Of a DNA stretch of 32,000 nt, positions 23,020 to 30,202 are shown piece after piece; within the stretch, counting starts at the first letter, position 1; every line of letters begins with the position of its first letter. Origin of the DNA: Alkanindiges illinoisensis DSM 15370. GTDB lineage: Bacteria > Pseudomonadota > Gammaproteobacteria > Pseudomonadales > Moraxellaceae. The notes below the pieces were generated by a model, which worked only from the letters and a program-made list of their open reading frames with translations, did not search any database and had not been told where the DNA came from. A program made the position numbers and the translations under genes. The stretch is from contig NZ_JHUX01000003.1 in NCBI RefSeq assembly GCF_000619845.1, forward strand, positions 580,064-612,063, read 5' to 3'.

Positions 23020-23859
23020 ATGGAAAATAAAGTTAAATTTTACGATAAAAAATTAATTGACGAGTTTTTGGTAAGAATTAGTACGATAAGTACGATTTTA
23101 TCCTTGGTGCTTATATTTATTTCAATTCCTGAGCAAATTAAAATTGCTTTTGGTGGAATATTTATTTTAGTTTTAATATTTATATATCAAAGAAGCTGGA
23201 GGGAAGCTAATGCTTTAAAAGATATTACTGTAAAAATTGATGAAAGTGATGTTAATATTAAAGTTGGTGATCTATTTAAAGAACCTGATTATAAAGTTAT
23301 AAGTTTTAATGAATATTTTGATACAGTAGTTGATGAGGTCTTAGTTAATGAGAGGTCTATTAATGGTATCTTTCTTAAAGAACATATAAGAATATCAATA
23401 GATGAATTAGATAATAAAATCAAAAATTATCCATTTGAGCAAAACGAAATAATTGGTAGTAATCAAAACCGTCCTTATGGAAAGAAAACTAAATATAAAA
23501 TCGGAACGATATTTGTTTTTGAGGATTATATTTTAACCGCTTTTTCAAAGTTTGATGAGCATAATAGAGCTTACCTAACGATGCCTGAATACCTTGAATT
23601 TTTAATAAATTTCTGGGATAAGGTTAATAAGGTATATGCACAAAAAAGTGTATCAGTACCTATATTTGGTTCTGGTATTACACGAATTAAGGAACATAAA
23701 AACATAAGTGATGAGGAATTACTTAAGATTATGATCTGGACTTTTAAAATTAGTGAAATGCGCTTTAAGTATCCTGCTAAGTTGTCCATAATTATTCATA
23801 ATGCAAAAATTAATCAAATTAATTTATTGGAAATCAAAAACACTGCAAATAGTCTTTAG
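23020..23859 (+). CDS. thsA: 2-TM protein with C-terminal Macro-like domain (type II ThsA-like effector)
   Basis: Two N-terminal TM helices (ISTISTILSLVLIFISI and IAFGGIFILVLIFIY). They are followed by NIKVGDLFKEPDYKVISFNEYFDT...SINGIF... and ...VSVPIFGSGITRI..., which parallel the Macro-domain motifs (GDIt..vDaIVNaaN...; ia.PligtGi.g). Starts 11 nt after the TIR-like gene. Confidence 0.5.
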   Translation: MENKVKFYDKKLIDEFLVRISTISTILSLVLIFISIPEQIKIAFGGIFILVLIFIYQRSWREANALKDITVKIDESDVNIKVGDLFKEPDYKVISFNEYFDTVVDEVLVNERSINGIFLKEHIRISIDELDNKIKNYPFEQNEIIGSNQNRPYGKKTKYKIGTIFVFEDYILTAFSKFDEHNRAYLTMPEYLEFLINFWDKVNKVYAQKSVSVPIFGSGITRIKEHKNISDEELLKIMIWTFKISEMRFKYPAKLSIIIHNAKINQINLLEIKNTANSL

Positions 23860-23875
23860 ATTTAATTATTACTTA

Positions 23876-23895
23876 TGGAACCTGCCTAAATCCTT
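23876..23895 (+). promoter_or_regulatory. Conserved intergenic motif, copy 6 (TGGAACCTGCCTAAATCCTT)
   Basis: Lies at the right edge of the AT-rich island, 67 nt before the tail-fibre ATG at 23943. Confidence 0.35.
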
Positions 23896-23942
23896 GTGTT
23901 TGGGTGGTTCTATCATTGCCATAGTGAATAAATGGGTGAGCT

Positions 23943-25274
23943 ATGGCAATTCTTCAATTCTACTTAACCGATGTTGGCCGTAATGCTGGAATTGATGCAG
24001 AAAATCTTGACCTGCATGTATCATTGAGCCATATCGCGGTCGGTTCAGCTAAATACAATGGGGCAACCGCTGCCAATACAAAAACCGCCCTGACCAACGA
24101 ATTGGCCCGTTATCCCTTAAATGGTGGTGGCGTTGATGCCACATCCCATACCTTACGTTTTGTTGTCAATATTGAAGCAACGATTACTGCCGATATCTTT
24201 GAGGTGGGTTTATATACCAATACTGGTGTGTTGTTTGCGGTTGCTGCTGTAACCGGCAATAGTCCATTGATTCAGCTGGTCACTAATATCGTGACCATCG
24301 TCACCATCGGCCTGACATTTGTAGATGTGGATTTTAGCAACATCCAGATCATGATTGACCCGAATACCCCTGTTGCTATTGCTCTGATGAATCAGCATCT
24401 GGCCCATCAAAACCCTCATCCCCAGTATGCCAAAAAGCTGGATTTTGATAATCATGTTGCTCAAAACGCATTTGAGCATAACAACCTTACCGCATTGATC
24501 GCAGCAGAGGCACAAGCGCGTGCTAATGCTGATGCAGCTGAAGCCCAGGCGCGTGGCAATGCGGATAATGCATTAGAAGATGATATTTATGCATTATCAG
24601 TATCGACGGAAAATGCACTTGAGCAAGAACGACAAATTCGCGCGACTGCAATTCAAAATGAAATCAATGAGCGTGCAGCGGCAGTTTGGGAAGCAATTCG
24701 GCAGCAAAGTGTTTTTATCGCAAAATATCTGAACAATACTGAGCCGTATCTGACAAGTGAAGGTTCAGCATCAGGTACTTTTAACCATAATGTGATTGGC
24801 TATGAACTCTCTCTCGGAAGCTGTTTAAATAACCCCTATATCAATGTGGTTAACCCTTCACCCAACTACAATGTTGGGGGTATCACATTTGGCAATAACA
24901 ATAATAAAACCGGCTTTATGCTCAAGCTCAGTGGGTTCATTCAGTTTGGGTGCTTTGCAGAACAAGGTGATACCAGCTGGTCGGGATTAAGTGTTGCATT
25001 AAGTTTCTATGATGAACACAACAATCTTCTTGCTGAAGTACCTTTAAATCTGGCTCAAGTCGCAGGCGGCTGGCCAAATAACTCTAATGTTGGCCACACG
25101 ACATACCGCTTCGACAATGGATATGACCTTTATTCATTATTTAAGCCAAACGGTTTTACACCGAATGATTTAAGACTTGCCTTAAGAGTTGCGGTATCTG
25201 TTAATTCGGATGGTGGTAGCCCGGCGCGTTCCATTTTAACCGTTGAAAAATTTGCGGTACGGTGCGTGCAATGA
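23943..25274 (+). CDS. Tail fibre protein (DUF3751/tail-collar-type N-terminus)
   Basis: N-terminus MAILQFYLTDVGRNAGIDAENLDLHVSLSHIAVGSAKYNG...LTNELARYPL...IFEVGLYTNTGVLFAVAA is the classic tail-fibre N-terminal domain pattern. An internal tandem AEAQARANADA/AEAQARGNADN coiled repeat is present. GGGTGAG RBS. Confidence 0.75.
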   Translation: MAILQFYLTDVGRNAGIDAENLDLHVSLSHIAVGSAKYNGATAANTKTALTNELARYPLNGGGVDATSHTLRFVVNIEATITADIFEVGLYTNTGVLFAVAAVTGNSPLIQLVTNIVTIVTIGLTFVDVDFSNIQIMIDPNTPVAIALMNQHLAHQNPHPQYAKKLDFDNHVAQNAFEHNNLTALIAAEAQARANADAAEAQARGNADNALEDDIYALSVSTENALEQERQIRATAIQNEINERAAAVWEAIRQQSVFIAKYLNNTEPYLTSEGSASGTFNHNVIGYELSLGSCLNNPYINVVNPSPNYNVGGITFGNNNNKTGFMLKLSGFIQFGCFAEQGDTSWSGLSVALSFYDEHNNLLAEVPLNLAQVAGGWPNNSNVGHTTYRFDNGYDLYSLFKPNGFTPNDLRLALRVAVSVNSDGGSPARSILTVEKFAVRCVQ

Positions 25275-25546
25275 TCAATGATTATTTAAATGCCGTACGC
25301 AACCGCATTGAGCAGCTTAAGCGGCAGGGGGATGCCAGTAAGCTCATTGTCTGGGATGTGCAGCCCGATGAGTCTATCCAGCCCGGATTGCTCAGTTATC
25401 GGGTATATGGCACGGAAGAGCATACCAATGTGGTTAATGTGGCTTGTGGTGTGTCGGGTGTATGGGAAGTACTACCACAACAGCGAATCGCCTTACTGCA
25501 ACCTGCTGAATTAATGGCACTGCGCCGTGAATATCTGGAGGAATAA
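25271..25546 (+). CDS. Hypothetical protein
   Basis: ATG 25271 forms an ATGA overlap with the tail-fibre stop (track GTG at 25262). 91 aa. Confidence 0.55.
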   Translation: MINDYLNAVRNRIEQLKRQGDASKLIVWDVQPDESIQPGLLSYRVYGTEEHTNVVNVACGVSGVWEVLPQQRIALLQPAELMALRREYLEE

Positions 25547-25548
25547 CA

Positions 25549-26664
25549 GTGGCTAGTCCAGATGACATCAGGCGCGCGCAAAAGCAGCTTTTAGAGTCCA
25601 TCAAACGTGGTGCACGCCGTGATGTACGCTCACGCCGGGGTGCTGATACGCGCCAGCGGGCACAGGCAGAAAAAGAAGTCGAATATGACGACAGTGGTCG
25701 CAAGATTCCAAAGCCCATGTTTTTGCGTCCGGCAGATATTGCACAGGGCGAAAATTACGATGTAGAGCGGGTCTTATACACCACTTTAGGGCAAGGCAAG
25801 GGCGAGGCGCCGCGCCGCATTACCCGTGATGACATCTTGGCATTTCAGGAAAATATCCTGCTGCTGAAAGACCAGTACAGCAAAGGGATTACCCCGCAAA
25901 GTGTTATCAATCTGAGTCGTCAGGAAGATATAGACCGGGCTAATGAAGAAATTCACACGGTTGTCCCTGTTAGCCGCGAGTCAGGTTTAATTCATTTTGT
26001 CACCAATGCCGGGCCACACAGTAAAGTCGTTAATCACCATGTGGAAGTGGAGTTTTCTAACTTCAAATCTGTGGTTTTTAACATTCATAAAGAAGCGGTG
26101 AGTACCGTTAAAAACCGATTGGCGTATGGGAATTTAAAGTTTGAATGTGATTGTGGTCGGCATACCTTCTGGTATCGCTATATGGCAACTATTGGCGGTT
26201 ATGGCCTAGGTCGGCAAGAGGGCGGCTTTCCCAAAGTCCGTAACCCGCATTTGTCGGGTGTGGCCTGCAAGCACGTCCTGCGCGTGATGCAATGGATTAT
26301 CTCACCTTTTGGCATCCAGTATCTTAAAAAACAGGTAGAGGCAGACCGGACAAAGCAGCTGGGTGCCCGTACCAAGCCAACGACAAAACAAACCAAGGAA
26401 ATACTGGAACAGCAGGCCAATGGCGCCAAGCCCATCAAGGCCAATTTGCAGCATGCCGAGCGCGAAATGATGCGCCGTGCTGAGAAAGTGGCCAAGCAAA
26501 TGTATGCCAAACAGCTCAAGGAATTACGTGCATTAACCAAGGAATTTAACACCATGGCTGAACGCCAGGTCATGCAAAGTGCTGCCCGGCGTTTAGATCA
26601 ATTGTTATCTGATGGCGTCATTAGCCAGCAGCAATATGAAATTTTTAAACGAGGGACCCAATAA
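25549..26664 (+). CDS. Hypothetical virion-module protein with SWIM-like CxC...CxH zinc motif
   Basis: GTG start with a perfect GGAGGA SD 7 nt upstream. Basic N- and C-termini. FECDCGRH...(37 aa)...GVACKHVLRV resembles a SWIM zinc finger with a long insert. Confidence 0.65.
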   Translation: MASPDDIRRAQKQLLESIKRGARRDVRSRRGADTRQRAQAEKEVEYDDSGRKIPKPMFLRPADIAQGENYDVERVLYTTLGQGKGEAPRRITRDDILAFQENILLLKDQYSKGITPQSVINLSRQEDIDRANEEIHTVVPVSRESGLIHFVTNAGPHSKVVNHHVEVEFSNFKSVVFNIHKEAVSTVKNRLAYGNLKFECDCGRHTFWYRYMATIGGYGLGRQEGGFPKVRNPHLSGVACKHVLRVMQWIISPFGIQYLKKQVEADRTKQLGARTKPTTKQTKEILEQQANGAKPIKANLQHAEREMMRRAEKVAKQMYAKQLKELRALTKEFNTMAERQVMQSAARRLDQLLSDGVISQQQYEIFKRGTQ

Positions 26665-27551
26665 TGCTTAATTCAGCAGTCAACCGGGTTGCCAATGGCC
26701 GTCGCATGGCCGCGCGCCGTGTGGTGATGACCGCGGTTTCTGGTATTCCGGCACAGGTCTGGCGTAAGCGCGTGGTTTACAACAACACGGCCAATCAGGA
26801 TGTGCCAGCGGATCCACTGTCATTTGAAGCCAATGCTGTATCGGTGTCTGATGAGCCGAACTATGCCTACGATCATTTGGGCTTTGCCTATGTGCTGGCA
26901 GACCGGTTTAACGGTGGGGCCATCCATAAAAACAAAAGCATGGTCAATCCATCGGACTTAACTATTTTTGCGCAAATTGAACTGTATGACGAAAATTTGC
27001 CAAGCAAGAGTGAGCAAATCAAGCAAATACCCACGTCACTAACTTTGAATGAAGGTGATTTGCTGGGCTTGATGATTTATGCCGGGTTTATGGTCTGGTT
27101 TGAGATTGTCGGTATGACAGGCCAGACGTTAATGGCTGATTTTGGCACAAAGTACGTGCTAAACCGCCGTGATGAACTGGGCATGCCGCCGGTCAATGGT
27201 GAAGTAGTAGAGCGTGCTGTTATCAGCTGTGGCGAGTTGATTCAACTGGAACGTGGCGAAATATTGGCGCTGTCCGTGCAGTTTAATAATGAAGCGGACA
27301 ATGAGCCTATCGCTATTACTTCTGACATGCTGATCACTGCAACAGTAAGCACGGCCAATAAACAGCTTATTGCGACGTTGCAGGCCACACCAGATAGCGA
27401 CCAGGTAAACAGCAAGGGCGAGGTGCTATTAGAGAGCCTGACAACAACGCAGGATTGGCCGCTGGGCAATGTTCAGCTTGATATTGTCTTAAAACAGAGT
27501 GATGTGGTTCTGGGTGAGCAGGTCATGTTTTTTAAGGTAGTGGATGAATGA
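26664..27551 (+). CDS. Hypothetical structural protein
   Basis: TAATG-coupled 295-aa ORF. No motif recognised. Confidence 0.6.
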   Translation: MLNSAVNRVANGRRMAARRVVMTAVSGIPAQVWRKRVVYNNTANQDVPADPLSFEANAVSVSDEPNYAYDHLGFAYVLADRFNGGAIHKNKSMVNPSDLTIFAQIELYDENLPSKSEQIKQIPTSLTLNEGDLLGLMIYAGFMVWFEIVGMTGQTLMADFGTKYVLNRRDELGMPPVNGEVVERAVISCGELIQLERGEILALSVQFNNEADNEPIAITSDMLITATVSTANKQLIATLQATPDSDQVNSKGEVLLESLTTTQDWPLGNVQLDIVLKQSDVVLGEQVMFFKVVDE

Positions 27552-27757
27552 CAGTTAAAGCAACGATCAACCTGACGCCACCACCACGCTGGGGCAAGAT
27601 TAAAGGCATTCTGACAGATCAACCGGATTTAAAAGCTGCCCTTGATGCAATTCATACTGAGATTGATGAGCAGCGTGACGAGCTGACAGTTTTAAATAAC
27701 GCGCTCAATGATTCAACGGATTTTGTTGGCCTGATTAATGCCACCATGGAGATTTAA
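27548..27757 (+). CDS. Hypothetical small protein
   Basis: ATGA-coupled 69-aa ORF. Confidence 0.5.
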   Translation: MTVKATINLTPPPRWGKIKGILTDQPDLKAALDAIHTEIDEQRDELTVLNNALNDSTDFVGLINATMEI

Positions 27758-27760
27758 TAA

Positions 27761-28258
27761 ATGGCTACTTTACCGGAACTAACCGCAGCAGGGATGGTAC
27801 GCCTTGTTCAGTTACTTAAAGGTGTACGGGATGATTTAAAAGGCAAGATGGGCGACCCCGTAAACCTGAACACCAGCACTAAGGCAAACTTGGTTGCTGC
27901 GATTAATGAGGTCCATGCTGGACTAACAGGTTTATCGCAAATTGATGATAATGCTTCGTCCAGTAGTAAGACTTATTCCAGTGATAAGATTCTGGCGTTA
28001 TTGAATCAAACCAAAGCCGATATTATCAATGGGGCAAATCCTGAAAGTGATACCTTAAAAGAATTACAGGATGCCATTTTAGCAGTAGCACAGGCCGATG
28101 CAGGACTGGTTAGTGCAATGGCTGCACAGAGTTTTACAGCCGCCCAGCAAGCGCAGGCTCGTACAAATATTGGTGCTGCATCAGCTGCGGATATAGGTGA
28201 TATCACTGGCGTAGATTTTGTGGCCACGATTAATACGGCATTTGCCAGTGGTGCCTAA
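27761..28258 (+). CDS. Tail-fibre-like protein
   Basis: Motifs common in fibre/spike proteins: ...NLNTSTKANLVAAINEV..., ...SKTYSSDKI..., ...DTLKELQDAI..., ...AQARTNIGAASAADIG.... Confidence 0.6.
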   Translation: MATLPELTAAGMVRLVQLLKGVRDDLKGKMGDPVNLNTSTKANLVAAINEVHAGLTGLSQIDDNASSSSKTYSSDKILALLNQTKADIINGANPESDTLKELQDAILAVAQADAGLVSAMAAQSFTAAQQAQARTNIGAASAADIGDITGVDFVATINTAFASGA

Positions 28259-28260
28259 TC

Positions 28261-28824
28261 ATGAACCTTATCCAGTTAGTTCAGGCAGGGTTTACCAGGG
28301 CTGGGGAAATCTCAAAAAGCCTGCAACAAGCTATTGCGCTTAAGCAAGACAAACTGCCTACCAATGGTGCGGCAGGACAGTTTTTAGCAAATGATTTGAC
28401 TTGGAAAACACCTGCCAGTGGTGGCAGTTCCAATATTACTTGGGAAACTATTGCTGTAATGACGGGTTGGACTTCTGGTTTCAAAACAGATAACACATGG
28501 CCTTTACAATTAGGGAAAGATACTTCAGGACGAATCTATATTCGGGGTGCTTTAAGAAACACGAGTGGTAACGGTAACACAAACCCATTTCTGACTATTC
28601 CTACAGCCTATAAACTTAAAGGACTAGAGAATCTTAATGGGACTTATCCTTTATCCTGTTTAGTTTATAGTGATAATTTTGGCAACTTTTCAACATCAGC
28701 CGCACCTTATATTAAATACGTAATGTCTAGTGGCGTTGCAACCTTAGTAGGTAGTACTAGCGCTACCAATAATTACGGCTATGTATTCCCTGAGCAATGC
28801 TTGGGTTTTGCAGCTAATCCCTAG
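28261..28824 (+). CDS. Tail-fibre distal / receptor-binding-like protein
   Basis: N-terminal ...LKQDKLPTNGAAGQFLANDLTWKTP is a typical fibre motif. The C-terminal two-thirds is G/S/T/N-rich and visibly more AT-rich than the 5' part. Confidence 0.55.
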   Translation: MNLIQLVQAGFTRAGEISKSLQQAIALKQDKLPTNGAAGQFLANDLTWKTPASGGSSNITWETIAVMTGWTSGFKTDNTWPLQLGKDTSGRIYIRGALRNTSGNGNTNPFLTIPTAYKLKGLENLNGTYPLSCLVYSDNFGNFSTSAAPYIKYVMSSGVATLVGSTSATNNYGYVFPEQCLGFAANP

Positions 28825-28833
28825 GAGTAATAC

Positions 28834-29283
28834 ATGGATTTTCAAAATAAGTTTTGTGATGAGTTGCTAACCAAAATTGCTGACGCAGGTTACAAGATAG
28901 ACCCAAGTGGAATTGATACTCTTATTTATGACGAAGTCGCAGTGCAGGCCATCATTGATAACTTTGAAATGCCAATGCCTGACTTAGAACCACGTCAATT
29001 TAAACTAATGGTTGCTGGGGTTGGGCTTGTCCCCCTCATTAAAGCCGCCTTGGACATCATTGCTTTGGCTACTACAGATGAAGGTAGAGAGATGTTTAAG
29101 TCTGCTTATTCCCAATATGAAGGGGGAACAGTTTATTTTTGGGACAAATCTTTATTTGAATGGCGACGTTTATCCCCAATGTTTGAAATTCTGTATACAG
29201 ATGTTTATGGGGATAATGCTCCACCTTTTACCTTAAACGAAGATGATTTGAGGGAAGCATGGATAGCAGCAAGCACACTTTAA
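28834..29283 (+). CDS. Hypothetical protein (fibre-chaperone position)
   Basis: 149-aa acidic ORF directly after the putative receptor-binding gene. Assigned by position only. Confidence 0.5.
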   Translation: MDFQNKFCDELLTKIADAGYKIDPSGIDTLIYDEVAVQAIIDNFEMPMPDLEPRQFKLMVAGVGLVPLIKAALDIIALATTDEGREMFKSAYSQYEGGTVYFWDKSLFEWRRLSPMFEILYTDVYGDNAPPFTLNEDDLREAWIAASTL

Positions 29284-29630
29284 GACCTAGCTATAAAGAT
29301 GCAACACCGGAACAGCTTGCCAAAATCTGCAATGGTGTCGGGCCATCATGGGCACCCGCACCGATACGCAAAGCCATGACTATGCTGTCAGACTGGTTTT
29401 TTAATTCTGCCAGCTGGCAACACCATGACTTTGGCTACTACATTGGGTGCACCGAAGAAGAACGGGCAGAGTATGACCGTAAATTCTTTGAGGCCATGCT
29501 CATTGATTGCCGCCAATTACCCTGGCATAAAAAAGCCAATGGCTACAGCCTCTCATGCTGTTTTTATGCCAGTGTCCGGGTATTTGGCCGTGCCAGTTTT
29601 TACTATGGCCAAGACTATCAGCCGCTATAA
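29259..29630 (+). CDS. Prokaryotic phospholipase A2-like protein (Phospholip_A2_3-like)
   Basis: ...ICNGVGPSWAPAP...SWQHHDFGYYIGCTEEERAEYDRKFFEAMLIDC...SLSCCFYASVRVFG parallels Streptomyces violaceoruber secreted PLA2 as I remember it (...CARHDFGYRNY...IDSAFYEDMKRVC...AWTYYQAVKIFG), including the catalytic HD dyad. Confidence 0.55.
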   Translation: MDSSKHTLRPSYKDATPEQLAKICNGVGPSWAPAPIRKAMTMLSDWFFNSASWQHHDFGYYIGCTEEERAEYDRKFFEAMLIDCRQLPWHKKANGYSLSCCFYASVRVFGRASFYYGQDYQPL

Positions 29631-29689
29631 TCAACTCACCAGATGAGCTGAATAATCCATTTATTCGACTCATTACTTATTCTGATCGC

Positions 29690-29709
29690 TGGAACCTGCT
29701 GCCTGAGCA
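29690..29709 (+). promoter_or_regulatory. Conserved intergenic motif, copy 7 (TGGAACCTGCTGCCTGAGCA)
   Basis: 69 nt before ATG 29759. Keeps TGGAACC-N2-C but lacks TTTAGC. Confidence 0.3.
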
Positions 29710-29758
29710 TGTCTGCTGTAACTGCATAATAACCATACTTAATACAGGTAGAACAGTA

Positions 29759-30061
29759 ATGGCTTTTTTAATTTTTAATACAACCGGTAAAAATATAGGC
29801 GATAAAGCAGTCGCAACTGAATGCACGTCTGCTATTTTTAATTACCAGGTGATTGGCGCCGGGGCAGTGGTTGAGTTTTCCGGCAGTAATAAACCGGATG
29901 CCGATATCGACAATGATGCACACTGGGAACCGATTGTCACGGTTACAGCTGGGGTTCCTGATGATGTGCCATACCGTCAACATACCTGGGATAATATTCG
30001 TTATGTGGTCACTGCAGGGAATAACGTGGAAATTTATGTGTCCAGCGGTGTGAGTGGCTAA
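29759..30061 (+). CDS. Hypothetical small protein upstream of the capsid gene (decoration/head-accessory position)
   Basis: I use ATG 29759 (MAFLIFNTTGKNIGDKAV...) rather than the track start 29555. The 5' extension overlaps the PLA2-like gene and crosses a motif-bearing spacer. Confidence 0.55.
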   Translation: MAFLIFNTTGKNIGDKAVATECTSAIFNYQVIGAGAVVEFSGSNKPDADIDNDAHWEPIVTVTAGVPDDVPYRQHTWDNIRYVVTAGNNVEIYVSSGVSG

Positions 30062-30076
30062 TTAAACCAGGTGAAC

Positions 30077-30102
30077 AAAAGGCGCATAACAGCGCCTTTT
30101 TT
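30077..30102 (+). terminator. Strong rho-independent terminator
   Basis: AAAAGGCGC-ATAACA-GCGCCTTTT (9-bp stem), followed by additional Ts. Confidence 0.8.
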
Positions 30103-30116
30103 ATGCCTGATGCAAT

Positions 30117-30136
30117 TGGAACCAGCCTCATTTAGC
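30117..30136 (+). promoter_or_regulatory. Conserved intergenic motif, copy 8 (TGGAACCAGCCTCATTTAGC)
   Basis: Full-consensus copy 15 nt after the terminator and 86 nt before the capsid ATG at 30203. Confidence 0.45.
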
Positions 30137-30202
30137 GTTTTTTGGCTATGTCATTCTGCATTCATTGAGTTAAAGCCAACATCGGCAAAAGGTGAATGTA
30201 AA

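Noticed and set aside
29555-29758. 5' extension of ORF 29555-30061
   Set aside because: It overlaps the PLA2-like gene in another frame, crosses the motif-bearing spacer, and encodes a Cys/Leu-rich junk-like peptide. The internal ATG at 29759 gives a compact 100-aa product.
30071-30202. N-terminal 44-aa extension of the capsid ORF (track start 30071)
   Set aside because: The extension would be translated through a strong rho-independent terminator (30077-30102) and motif copy 8. ATG 30203 has a proper AAGGTG RBS.
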